Notes under the pieces: generated by a model | Told to the model about the DNA's origin: nothing | Databases searched by the model: none | What the model saw: only the letters and a program-made list of their open reading frames with translations | In this document: piece by piece, positions 48,533 to 58,951 of the stretch | Position numbering within the stretch: position 1 is the stretch's first letter | How the letters are laid out: each line of letters begins with the position of its first letter | Origin: a virus | Taxonomy: Duplodnaviria > Caudoviricetes | DNA: 64,000 bases | Virus record (IMG/VR): IMGVR_UViG_3300037067_004891 | Span: 160,001 to 224,000 of that record | Reading direction: 5' to 3' (one strand) | Position numbers and translations under genes: made by a program

Positions 48533-50209
48533 ATGTATAACGAAATGAGTTTTTTATTCAGTAAAGAGTTAAAAGTTAATACCATTCGAACAAATGGCGA
48601 AGAATTAACTAATTTAAAACCATTATTTGAAAATATTAATACTGAAAAAAGCTATGTTGTTTACAAAGATAAGAATTTTTTTAAGGGTCAAAACGGTCAA
48701 ATAAGAAATTATATAAAAGAAAAAATATATGATGTTGATTCAACTGATACAAATCCATATATACAATTATTAAAAGACTCAGAATTTCAATCTGGTTCGA
48801 AACGTTTAAAACCAAGTTATTTTTCATATTTGAGAGATTTGGGTGTATTTCCAATAAACAGATTAATAATATTAAGGAGATTTCCAGAAGGTACAGTAGT
48901 GACAGATGATTTGAATCAAATAAAAACTTCTCCAATTTCGACAATGGTTGGTTGGGTAAAAGAAGATTTAGATATTTTTAATTTGTCATTCAATGAAGAA
49001 TGGGATACTCAGACAAAATATTTACATGAAATAATATTCGATATTCTTAAAAACGATTTCAAAGTTGGTGGAGCAGAAAAAGTTATTCCAGCTCCAGGCT
49101 GGTCTCAAGGATTATTATTTGGTTTTTTAAAAGCTATGGGTCTAACTGATAGTGATGCATATGATATACCATTTGGTGATCCCAATCTTTTACGAGAAGC
49201 AGCTTATAGGGATTATGATAAACAAGGATTAAAATCAACAATGAATATATCATTTGAGACTATATATGAACAAAAAATAATTGGTGATTTTGATCCAGCA
49301 ACTGCTATGTTAGATATTTTAAGAAATATTTTAAAAATGGGTACTTCAGATATGAGATATATATTTAAAGCCAATTCACCAATACTCAAACAACTAACGT
49401 CTGCTGTCAATGGTAAAGGTAATAATATAGATGAATGGGCTTTGCTTGTCAAAGAAATAGTAGATGCTTTTATCGAGGCAATTGGAAAAACATTCGAAAA
49501 TATATCAGGTAAAAAATTAGATGATGCTGCAAATGATTTTGAAAATTTGTCCAATGAACAAAAATCTGAAGATACAAGATTGATTGAAATTAATAATGAA
49601 CTAAAAATATTGGATAAAAAACCGAGACCAGATGGTTGGAAAGCGAGAAAAAAAGAATTAGAAACAGAAAAAAAATCATTAGATAAATCTGTGGAAGCAA
49701 AACAAGGTCAAGAAAAAGCAAAACAAAATGAATTAGAAAACAATCAAAATATACAAAATGCAGCAGCAGTAAACGCAAGTATTGGAACATTAAAAAACAT
49801 ATCAGATGATAGTAAAACATCTGATTTTTTACGAACAATAGTAGCTTCAACTTTTGCCAAACACAGATGGCCTATTCGTGGTTCTATTGGAGCAATGACT
49901 GGACAACCAACAACACCTTGGCATATAACAATTGGAAATCCTTGGTCACCAATTGTTTCAGCAGGTAATATGATAGTTGATAAAATTGATTTATCTGCCA
50001 AGGGAGAAATGGGTTTTAATGATATGCCAATATTTTTAAATGCTACTGTTAATTTACGATTCGGAAGAAATATGGGAGCGCAGGAAATTGAACGAATTTT
50101 TAACAATGGATATCAAAGAATATATAACAAACCACAAAATGATCAAAGTAGAACTGATAAAACAAAACCAAAAGATAATATAACAAAACCGCCAACATAT
50201 AACAATTAA
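48533..50209 (+). CDS. putative baseplate/tail-tube-associated protein
   Basis: First gene of baseplate-like operon; WHITIGNP motif. Confidence 0.5.
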   Translation: MYNEMSFLFSKELKVNTIRTNGEELTNLKPLFENINTEKSYVVYKDKNFFKGQNGQIRNYIKEKIYDVDSTDTNPYIQLLKDSEFQSGSKRLKPSYFSYLRDLGVFPINRLIILRRFPEGTVVTDDLNQIKTSPISTMVGWVKEDLDIFNLSFNEEWDTQTKYLHEIIFDILKNDFKVGGAEKVIPAPGWSQGLLFGFLKAMGLTDSDAYDIPFGDPNLLREAAYRDYDKQGLKSTMNISFETIYEQKIIGDFDPATAMLDILRNILKMGTSDMRYIFKANSPILKQLTSAVNGKGNNIDEWALLVKEIVDAFIEAIGKTFENISGKKLDDAANDFENLSNEQKSEDTRLIEINNELKILDKKPRPDGWKARKKELETEKKSLDKSVEAKQGQEKAKQNELENNQNIQNAAAVNASIGTLKNISDDSKTSDFLRTIVASTFAKHRWPIRGSIGAMTGQPTTPWHITIGNPWSPIVSAGNMIVDKIDLSAKGEMGFNDMPIFLNATVNLRFGRNMGAQEIERIFNNGYQRIYNKPQNDQSRTDKTKPKDNITKPPTYNN

Positions 50210-50228
50210 AAAATAAAATTATTATAAA

Positions 50229-50696
50229 ATGAAAATTTTTTCATTTAATAAGTTAAAAAGAGATACGAAAGTTAAAGGTGCGCCTTTTGATTTATTTATA
50301 AGTACTGTAACTGATAAAGATATAAATAATATAAAATTATATTTATATATAGTACCACCAGAAAATGTTGGTAGAATAGATAAAATATCATTAGAACTTT
50401 ACGGTTCGATAGATTATTCAGACGAATTAATGAAGATAAATAATATACTAAATTCTTTTTCAATAAACGAAAAAGATGAAATATTATATCCCGAACTCGA
50501 AAATATATCAATTATACATTTACCAATTGAAAATGAAATTGATACTGTTTCTAATATCAATAATCCTAAAAATACAAGAAAAGATACGAATAGAACAAAT
50601 TCAAATCAATCCGTTGTAGTAAAGGAAAAGGGTGCTAAACAGGTAGAATGGAATAAAAATAATAAAACAATTTCAATAACAAATATAATACCTTAA
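50229..50696 (+). CDS. gp53/LysM-like baseplate wedge protein
   Basis: RIDKISLELYGS...LMKINNI.N.FSI pattern. Confidence 0.6.
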   Translation: MKIFSFNKLKRDTKVKGAPFDLFISTVTDKDINNIKLYLYIVPPENVGRIDKISLELYGSIDYSDELMKINNILNSFSINEKDEILYPELENISIIHLPIENEIDTVSNINNPKNTRKDTNRTNSNQSVVVKEKGAKQVEWNKNNKTISITNIIP

Positions 50697-50697
50697 T

Positions 50698-52086
50698 ATG
50701 ATAACCAGAATAGTGAAACCTTCTATAGTATTACAGAAAATAGACATTCAGTATAATGACAACGTATCAGATGATAATGCCAATGATTTCATTTCAAAAG
50801 TTGGGTTTTATCCATTTGTTATTATAAATGGATTAATATTAGAATATCAATATTTTGTGAAATTTGTTTTAAGAAATGATCAATTTCTCCCAAAATTAGA
50901 AATTTCATTTAGAGATAAAAGTAATAAAATAACAGATGAATTATTTCCATTAGACGATGCAATTATTTCCATTTTTATAAAATCACCATCTGAAATTTTA
51001 ATGCCAGTTAGAATGGATTTTAAAGTGACTGTATTTAATCCAGTAAAAAACGAAGTAAATAATGAAGATGTTGTTTATACATTGGAAGGTATTTTAAATG
51101 TAAATGGTTTATATCATTCACCATACTGGGCTAAAAATAATACATCTTTTAATGTTTTAAAGGAACTTGCTAATGAAATAGGGCTTGGATTTGCTACTAA
51201 TATACAAAACACAGATGATAAAATGATTTGGATAAATCCAAGTGATATAAATTTAGATTTCATAAAAGCTACAACAATGGTTTCATACAAAGATGATGAA
51301 TCTTTTCTATGGTCATATGTAGATTTTTATTATAATTTAAATTATATTGATATAGAAACTCAATTTGGTGATACGACTGAGGGTTTAGAAGGTATAAATT
51401 CAAATAAATACATAATGGATGATGCTAATAATATAACGCCACTATATTTAACAAATCACCCAGATTCATATGGTTCTTCATTATTTATATCAAAATATAA
51501 CATTGATAATTCATCAACTAAAATAAACCTTGATATTGGATATAACTTCTTTATTAAATATTATGACACAATTGAAAAAAATTTAGCTGGATTTGTATTA
51601 GATACAATTTCTAATATTGGTGATAATGGTGATATCGTATTAAAATCGAATAATGAAAATGGTGGTAATTCTGATTCATTGTATCAACAAAATGTAACAA
51701 ATGATTTTTGTGGTAGAATTGATATAGATAATATGCACAAAAATTTTTATTATGCTTCCGTTCAGAATGAAAGAAATATGAAATATTTTCAAAAAATTAA
51801 AATGAAAGTTGTATTATCAACTCCAAATTTCAATTTAACAAGATTTCAAATGATTCAAGTTAAATTATATAAAATACAAGAATTAGATAATAAAACAAGA
51901 ACAACACCGCCAGAAAATAGAGATAAGTTAGCAAATAAAAATATATATGAAGATAAATTGAATAAAAGACTATCTGGAAATTGGATGATATCTGGAATTA
52001 ATTACACATTTAGCTCAGATAGTGGGTGGCAACAAGAAATTAATTTAGTTCGCAGAGAACTTGGGGATAGTCAAATAAAAACTTAA
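50698..52086 (+). CDS. putative baseplate hub (gp27-like)
   Basis: C-terminal LSGNWMISGINY...QEINLVRR; position upstream of the gp5-like gene. Confidence 0.55.
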   Translation: MITRIVKPSIVLQKIDIQYNDNVSDDNANDFISKVGFYPFVIINGLILEYQYFVKFVLRNDQFLPKLEISFRDKSNKITDELFPLDDAIISIFIKSPSEILMPVRMDFKVTVFNPVKNEVNNEDVVYTLEGILNVNGLYHSPYWAKNNTSFNVLKELANEIGLGFATNIQNTDDKMIWINPSDINLDFIKATTMVSYKDDESFLWSYVDFYYNLNYIDIETQFGDTTEGLEGINSNKYIMDDANNITPLYLTNHPDSYGSSLFISKYNIDNSSTKINLDIGYNFFIKYYDTIEKNLAGFVLDTISNIGDNGDIVLKSNNENGGNSDSLYQQNVTNDFCGRIDIDNMHKNFYYASVQNERNMKYFQKIKMKVVLSTPNFNLTRFQMIQVKLYKIQELDNKTRTTPPENRDKLANKNIYEDKLNKRLSGNWMISGINYTFSSDSGWQQEINLVRRELGDSQIKT

Positions 52087-52094
52087 ATTTAAAA

Positions 52095-53612
52095 ATGGGA
52101 GTATTTAGTCTTAAAAATAATACGGCAGCTACAAAAGCAAATGATATTATAAAATCTGTTAAAGAAGCTACTACACCTGTAAACAAAGTTTCAGATAATC
52201 GTCATGGCCCAAAACGAGAATTAAACACTGGTTATATAAAAGGTTATGAAGAATTAACCAAAAATGAAGAACAACGAATTGTAGTTGGACTTGATGTTAA
52301 AACCAGAGAAATTGGTGACACATATGATTATATTAGAAACCAAGTTCAAGCTGACTATGATATGGATACTTTCAAATATGGACTGGAAAAAAACACACCA
52401 TTATATGAAGACCCAACAATACTTGGATTTGAATTGTTTTTTGACGATACTGATTCTTCTTCACCATTTTTTTATGGAAATGAAAATAAGGTTATGAAAT
52501 TCTTGAATTTATATCAAAATATACCAGATATAGCAAAAAGAATAGATTTATTTAATGAATTTAGAAATAAATTTTTTGAAGTGTTTAATACATTATCTGT
52601 TGAAGGTATTTCATCATATGTAAGAAAAAATTATTATATATCATCTATTAGTGGTATGGATATTCTCACTAAAAAAATAATAAAATATCCTGAAGATAAA
52701 ATTACTATCACTTTAACAGAAGATGTTATGATGAGTATACAATATTTAAGTGAATTATATAATAATCTGATTTATTGTTATAGAAATAACAGATATATGA
52801 TACCAGAACATCTACTTAGATTCGATTTACATATTAAAATTTATGATATTCGAAAATTTAGAAATTTAAATTCAAAATATAACAAAGATAAAAGTATTGG
52901 AAAAGACAACAATCCTTATATATTACAAGAGAATCAATCAGTAATAATTTATGTTCTTCATGATTGTAATTTAAATTTTTTTAATAGTAAAAACATATCA
53001 AATGATATATTAGTAGCTGGTTATAATATTGGTATGCCTTCTATATCAAATTTAAGTTTTGATATTTTTTTCAAATCTGTATCAAAACGTATGGAAGCAA
53101 AATTAAGACCAAACTCTTTAACAATACACAATAAAGAAAAGGCATTATTTAAATTGGATAATATCAATGATCGTCAATATTTTAGTAACCAAAAAAATGA
53201 TGACTCATTAGCTGATTATGATATGCAAAATTTATTTAAATACAACCCAAGTGAAGTCTCAAAAGAATTTACAACTGCATCTTTATATAAAAAACCAAAC
53301 ATAATTGAAAGTGGTATAAATACTTTAGTAGATAAAGTTAAAAATACTGTTATTCAAAAAATAAAAGAAAAACGTAATGAATTAATTAATAGATTTTTTG
53401 GTCAAATTGAAGATAAAACACAAATCAAAAAACGTATTCCCGAAGGTAATGTTTATGATGACAGTTATAGAAACCAAAGTCGTATAGATGTTAATTCTCT
53501 TAAAAGTAGAGTTATTAACGATGTTGAAAATTATAAAAACAGTGTTATTCAAGAAGGCAAATTAGGGTTGAATAATTTGGTTTCTAATTTTGATAAAAAA
53601 ATAGGGTTTTAA
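52095..53612 (+). CDS. putative tail/baseplate structural protein
   Basis: Operon context. Confidence 0.5.
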   Translation: MGVFSLKNNTAATKANDIIKSVKEATTPVNKVSDNRHGPKRELNTGYIKGYEELTKNEEQRIVVGLDVKTREIGDTYDYIRNQVQADYDMDTFKYGLEKNTPLYEDPTILGFELFFDDTDSSSPFFYGNENKVMKFLNLYQNIPDIAKRIDLFNEFRNKFFEVFNTLSVEGISSYVRKNYYISSISGMDILTKKIIKYPEDKITITLTEDVMMSIQYLSELYNNLIYCYRNNRYMIPEHLLRFDLHIKIYDIRKFRNLNSKYNKDKSIGKDNNPYILQENQSVIIYVLHDCNLNFFNSKNISNDILVAGYNIGMPSISNLSFDIFFKSVSKRMEAKLRPNSLTIHNKEKALFKLDNINDRQYFSNQKNDDSLADYDMQNLFKYNPSEVSKEFTTASLYKKPNIIESGINTLVDKVKNTVIQKIKEKRNELINRFFGQIEDKTQIKKRIPEGNVYDDSYRNQSRIDVNSLKSRVINDVENYKNSVIQEGKLGLNNLVSNFDKKIGF

Positions 53613-53618
53613 TTTTAA

Positions 53619-55358
53619 ATGGATAATTCATATTTAGGTAAAGTATATTCTGGTATAGTAGTTGACATAAAAGACCCTCGAAGATTGGGTCGAGTTAGAG
53701 TTAAAGTTGCAACCATTTTTGAAGAAATAGAAGTAACATATATACCTTGGGCTACACCTTATAAAGGTCTTAGTGGTAAAAATTTTCATGTACCACAACT
53801 TGGAAAATTAGTTAATATAATGTTTGAAAATGGTTATTTATATTCACCAGTTTATATTTATACTGAACATTTTAATATTAATTTACAAAAAAAATTAGAA
53901 AATTTAAGTGAAGACGATTATACAAAATTTATAGCAATATTATTTGATCATAAAACTCAAATATATATTGATAATAATGGGTTTAGACTTGATTACTTAT
54001 ATAATCAAATTCATATTAATGAAGAAAATATATCATTTCGATTAAAAGATAACACACAAATATTAAATTTGGGGTCAAGTGATTCAAATCAAGATGCTGT
54101 ATTAGGTACTAATTTCTTTAAATGGTTTGATAAATTCGTAAACAAACTTATCATACCAACAACATTAACTGGAAATTTAGGCGCACCAATTTTAAGACCA
54201 GAATTAGATGCTTTAATGACAGAATATCAAACAATAAAAAACACTTTTCTATCGAAACATGTTAAATTACCAGATAATAACAAAATTGAAAAAGTTAAAA
54301 GAGATATTGAAACAGTTGCTGCTGAAAATGATAAAGATATACAATCAAATGATCAAGACCCATTCGTATCTGGTCAAAAAAGCACTCCGAATTCAGAAAT
54401 ACTTACTGAAGATGTAAAATCAAATATTAAAGAAAAAACTGAAAACGAACAAAGCGAATTAAACGATGCAAAACCGTCAAAATCAGCTAAAGTCGATGAA
54501 ATAGATTATCATGAAAACAATACTGATGCTCCTAATGATGTAGTTTACATGATTGATGATAATGGTGAACTGTATTCATCTTCATATGAAGATTTACAAA
54601 ATGAAGACAAATATGATTATGTTGGGGCAGAAGATATTGATATTAACAATTCTTATGAAAATGATGAATCATCATATACATCTTATAATGATGAAGTAGT
54701 AATTACTGATGATAATTATGGAACATATATAACATCTAATATAATTAATAATGATGATAATATAAACACTACACCAGTAAAAGTTCCAAATAGTGAACCA
54801 AAGCGTGATGTATATGGTAATGTTCAAAAAGACAATAATGGTAATGCAGTATATGAAAAGGTTGATGTATATTTAAAAGGAAAAATTATTGGAAAAGAAG
54901 AATATGTAACGTTTCAAAATCAAAAAGTTATTAGGAAATATTTCGAACCATTTAAAAGAATGTATGATGCTGCCAAAAAAGATGGAATTAATATAATATT
55001 AGTTGATGCATTCCGTTTTTGGGATGAACAATATGGATTGAGAGTTCAAAATAAAAAGAAAGATTTTACGGAACAAGAATTAAAAACGAATAGTTCAACG
55101 AATTATAAACCATATACAGGAAGACCTGGTCAATCGTTACATCATTATGGGACTGCATTTGATATGCAAACAAATAATGGGAAGAATAAAACATACAAAT
55201 GGTTAGTTAAGAATGCTATAAAATATGGATTTATTAGAACGGTTGAAAGCGAAACATGGCACTGGGAGTATCAGCCTTGGTTGTATTCAAACATCAAAGC
55301 AAATAATCAATTTGCAATAGTCAACCAAAATCACGAATCTTGGATGAATTTAGTTTAA
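53619..55358 (+). CDS. gp5/VgrG-like spike protein with C-terminal M15 (VanY-like) peptidase
   Basis: DPRRLGRVRV...IPWA OB-fold; SLHHYGTAFD and ETWHWEY zinc-peptidase motifs. Confidence 0.8.
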   Translation: MDNSYLGKVYSGIVVDIKDPRRLGRVRVKVATIFEEIEVTYIPWATPYKGLSGKNFHVPQLGKLVNIMFENGYLYSPVYIYTEHFNINLQKKLENLSEDDYTKFIAILFDHKTQIYIDNNGFRLDYLYNQIHINEENISFRLKDNTQILNLGSSDSNQDAVLGTNFFKWFDKFVNKLIIPTTLTGNLGAPILRPELDALMTEYQTIKNTFLSKHVKLPDNNKIEKVKRDIETVAAENDKDIQSNDQDPFVSGQKSTPNSEILTEDVKSNIKEKTENEQSELNDAKPSKSAKVDEIDYHENNTDAPNDVVYMIDDNGELYSSSYEDLQNEDKYDYVGAEDIDINNSYENDESSYTSYNDEVVITDDNYGTYITSNIINNDDNINTTPVKVPNSEPKRDVYGNVQKDNNGNAVYEKVDVYLKGKIIGKEEYVTFQNQKVIRKYFEPFKRMYDAAKKDGINIILVDAFRFWDEQYGLRVQNKKKDFTEQELKTNSSTNYKPYTGRPGQSLHHYGTAFDMQTNNGKNKTYKWLVKNAIKYGFIRTVESETWHWEYQPWLYSNIKANNQFAIVNQNHESWMNLV

Positions 55359-56131
55359 AATGGTAAATCATCGATATAATTAAGCGCAACATTATTTACT
55401 TGAGTATGTTGTGGTGGATTGTGAATATTAACAATATATCCCATTTTTTCTTTATAGTCATCTAAATTTTGATTATCACTCAATATTTCATTTATTTTCA
55501 ATATTCGGGTTTTTCTCAATCGATTCATATCATTAAAAATAATTTCATCGAAACCCTTTTCATACATTTTTCGTTTTCGAGCTTCTATTCGTTTATGATT
55601 ATACATCAAATTATCTTCTAATGATAAAAACTTTTTTTCCAAACAATGTTTAACACTACCAACATATGACTCATATAAAACTTCACCATCCCAAAACAAC
55701 CCACAGCAACTTAAATCAACATTTCTTAACAATTCAAAAAATGAATATATAAAATAATTTAAAAAATATTTACTATAATAATTCCCATCTAAATTTGGGT
55801 TCATAGAAGGTCTTATGAATTGAATTTTTTTACCATTCGAATTTATATAAGTTCTTGGTTCAGATATAACATGTATTTCTTCATACATATTTAAGATATC
55901 TCTCGAATATAAATCTGTATATATATACCCCTTACTTTCTACTATTTCAATAGCCCTTGTCATGGATTGTTTTAAACATAATATATCGATATCATTTATT
56001 TTATTATTCGTTAATATATCTCTCAGTGAACCACCAAAAACAACAAAGTGTTCATTTGGCAAAAGAATTTCATTGGAATCAAATTCTAAATATTCATTCA
56101 ATCCTTTTTTAATCTGTTCAGAATAATTCAT
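55355..56131 (-). CDS. nucleotidyltransferase (poly(A) polymerase/CCA head-like)
   Basis: FGGSLRD...NDIDI motif. Confidence 0.7.
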   Translation of the reverse strand: MNYSEQIKKGLNEYLEFDSNEILLPNEHFVVFGGSLRDILTNNKINDIDILCLKQSMTRAIEIVESKGYIYTDLYSRDILNMYEEIHVISEPRTYINSNGKKIQFIRPSMNPNLDGNYYSKYFLNYFIYSFFELLRNVDLSCCGLFWDGEVLYESYVGSVKHCLEKKFLSLEDNLMYNHKRIEARKRKMYEKGFDEIIFNDMNRLRKTRILKINEILSDNQNLDDYKEKMGYIVNIHNPPQHTQVNNVALNYIDDLPF

Positions 56132-56212
56132 AATATTTAATTAAATATAAAATATAATATTCCAGAAGTATTTTCTTGCATTATAATTTCTTGTAAATGT
56201 ATTAATAAAAAA

Positions 56213-56812
56213 TTATATTACGTTTTTTAGGAATTGTTTTTCTTTAAATAAATTATTTATATCAAATATTTCAAAAATATCATTATTCTGGTCTAACCTA
56301 ATAAAAACATCTCTATTGTTGTCTTTTAATCTTTTTGCTAAAAGGTTATCAACTATTATATTTAATATATTAAAATCTGAAAAGTCTTTTATAACATTTG
56401 CCAGTTTAGCATCTATGATACTGTATTTTAAACTTTCCTTAATTATTTGTTTAGGATTTTCTTCAAATGCAATTTCAGTTAAGAATTCTTTATCCATTTT
56501 TGTAAAGATATCAACATACATAAATAACTGAAAATCAAATAATACTTGATTTGTATTAGTATTACTTAATATAAAAGGTTTTTTGTAATTTATTTCGCCA
56601 GTTATAAGAAGTTTCCCACCGAGTTTATATTCATCCTGATTATATCTTTCGGCTTTTTCATCATCAATAAATGAAAACCACGTCCCACCTCTTAATTCAT
56701 TAGTATTTATAGTATTAGGGGAACAATATCTTTTTACTTTAATTTTACCAGTTTTTATTATATTTATCTGGTTTTCAAATATTTTATATGATTTTATATA
56801 ATGCTGTTTCAT
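56213..56812 (-). CDS. putative internal head protein, possible ART-like fold
   Basis: N-terminus MKQHYIKSYKIFE; GGTWFS motif. Confidence 0.45.
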   Translation of the reverse strand: MKQHYIKSYKIFENQINIIKTGKIKVKRYCSPNTINTNELRGGTWFSFIDDEKAERYNQDEYKLGGKLLITGEINYKKPFILSNTNTNQVLFDFQLFMYVDIFTKMDKEFLTEIAFEENPKQIIKESLKYSIIDAKLANVIKDFSDFNILNIIVDNLLAKRLKDNNRDVFIRLDQNNDIFEIFDINNLFKEKQFLKNVI

Positions 56813-56814
56813 TT

Positions 56815-57222
56815 TTAAAATATTTCATCATTTAAAATTTCAATAATATATTGAACAGCTTTTTTTGTTCCATTAATCATAATATCATAAAGACCATAAA
56901 CATTTAAAGCAGTCTTACCGTTAAAGTAACCTTTATCCTTCAATAATAAATCCACATCATCTTTATGTTTTAGATAAAAATTTTGAATATCAGAATCTTC
57001 AATAAACCCGTTAATTTTTATATTATCGACTCCATTTTTTTCAATGTCTGCTAAAAAATTTTGAACATTGACCATTTCTTTTTTCTGATTATCATCTAAT
57101 GTTCCATCAATTAATAAAAGAACATCTCTTTTTAATGATAAATATTTATCTGACAATTTATCTTTTAACTGGTCATCCAGATTTTCATTTAATTTATATT
57201 GAGAAAATGTTTTTATATTCAT
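56815..57222 (-). CDS. putative virion protein
   Basis: N-terminus MNIKTFSQYKLNE. Confidence 0.55.
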   Translation of the reverse strand: MNIKTFSQYKLNENLDDQLKDKLSDKYLSLKRDVLLLIDGTLDDNQKKEMVNVQNFLADIEKNGVDNIKINGFIEDSDIQNFYLKHKDDVDLLLKDKGYFNGKTALNVYGLYDIMINGTKKAVQYIIEILNDEIF

Positions 57223-57248
57223 TTTTTATTTTTATTTTTTTTTATATA

Positions 57249-58949
57249 TTAATCACCAACTTTACCATTTTTTAATTGTATCTTTTTAATTATACCATTA
57301 TGAATTTCGCCATTATTAAAAACACCATCTTGCCAGAAACCATTAACAAACGAACCATTATTCCAAATAGGTGTTGAAGACTCTGTTCCAAAATATCCAT
57401 TAAGAAATTCGCCATTATTAAATGTACCATCTTTAAGCCAACCACCATACCATTTACCGTTATTAAAATTACCATCATTCCAAATAGATATCTTGTGATT
57501 GCCTGATTCTTGAATATTTTCATTAGAGTCTTTGATCACACCAGAATGAAACTCGCCATTATTAAACTCGCCATTATTCCAAATACATCGTTCATAATTA
57601 TAAGTCGAATTATCTGTTGTATAATAAACATTAACCACTAATCCTGCAAAACGTATAAATGCATTTGTAACATAAATACCACTTTTATATAATTTGAAAT
57701 TTACCGAAAAGCTGTCACTATTTATATCCTTAGCAGATAAATTTGTTCCCCAAGTATTAGTTGGACTTCCAAAAATAAAATTATAAACAGGATTATATGG
57801 ACTTAATGGAAAAACTGGTATAACTTCGAAATCAGCCAAATTATTCGATTGATTAATAGGATCATTTGTCGGAAAAGGCGATATTGTAACATTTGTTATA
57901 TTATATCGCTTTTCAAATTCTGCTGTGACACTATAAAGTGCCAATTTAACTTCAATACCATTTATAACAGAATTGTTTGGTATGTTTAAATTAAATCCAT
58001 ATATGGAAATTGTTTTTACGTAATCTCTTCCACTTTTAGTTTCCGATTCAGCATATGTAGTTCTGTTTTCATGTATTTGTCCATTAACTACTTGATACAT
58101 ACCAGGTAATTTCCAAGCTATATAACCATCATTAAATTGATGAAATAATAAAGGTTTTATAAATGAAGTTGTTCCTGTATTTATTAAATATTCGATAAGT
58201 GGTTCAATATTTTCTGTTACGCCAAATCTCGATTTTATATTTTCATCAAAAGTAGTAAACACACCATCCATCCATTGACCATTTATAAAATCTCCACCTA
58301 AAAACGTACCATTATACCACACAAATCCATTAAATTGTCCATTATAAAATTTACCATTTATCCACTGTATATTTTCCATGTAACCATTATACCAGTTACC
58401 ATTATACCATATAGCATGATAAATTATACCATCATAAAAATTTCCATTTTTCCACACACAAGTTTGCGCACTATTAGAGTTAATATCATTATCTCCAAGT
58501 GAGTTATTAGGATCATATTGAGTATATTTTGACCAATCTACAATTTTTGTACCAAATGTACCACCATGAAAATCACCAGATTCCCATACCACAAACCCAT
58601 CACCAACACCCATAACAGAATATTGATTTCCTTTGTCTATTATATTGAAATTTCCATTTAAAATATCAAAATTATTAAGTTTATAACTATAAAATTTTCC
58701 ATCTTTCCACGTTCCGTTTTCAAAATTACCAGAATACCATGTACCATTATACCAATCTCCACAAATCCAATTACCAGAATACCAAACCAAACCATATGTA
58801 TCTTCACCTATTATAGCATCTTCAATAGAAGCATTGAAAATCCAATTATATCTAATTTTCAATTTGTCAATAGACATACCATCAACAAATGTTATATTCA
58901 TTTTATTAAAATCTACATTTTGTAAAGCTAATGCTATATTTACGGCCAT
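57249..58949 (-). CDS. (W/F)xxGx pentapeptide-repeat virion protein
   Basis: Many WYNG/FNNG 5-residue repeats flanking a globular insert. Confidence 0.65.
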   Translation of the reverse strand: MAVNIALALQNVDFNKMNITFVDGMSIDKLKIRYNWIFNASIEDAIIGEDTYGLVWYSGNWICGDWYNGTWYSGNFENGTWKDGKFYSYKLNNFDILNGNFNIIDKGNQYSVMGVGDGFVVWESGDFHGGTFGTKIVDWSKYTQYDPNNSLGDNDINSNSAQTCVWKNGNFYDGIIYHAIWYNGNWYNGYMENIQWINGKFYNGQFNGFVWYNGTFLGGDFINGQWMDGVFTTFDENIKSRFGVTENIEPLIEYLINTGTTSFIKPLLFHQFNDGYIAWKLPGMYQVVNGQIHENRTTYAESETKSGRDYVKTISIYGFNLNIPNNSVINGIEVKLALYSVTAEFEKRYNITNVTISPFPTNDPINQSNNLADFEVIPVFPLSPYNPVYNFIFGSPTNTWGTNLSAKDINSDSFSVNFKLYKSGIYVTNAFIRFAGLVVNVYYTTDNSTYNYERCIWNNGEFNNGEFHSGVIKDSNENIQESGNHKISIWNDGNFNNGKWYGGWLKDGTFNNGEFLNGYFGTESSTPIWNNGSFVNGFWQDGVFNNGEIHNGIIKKIQLKNGKVGD

Positions 58950-58951
58950 TT

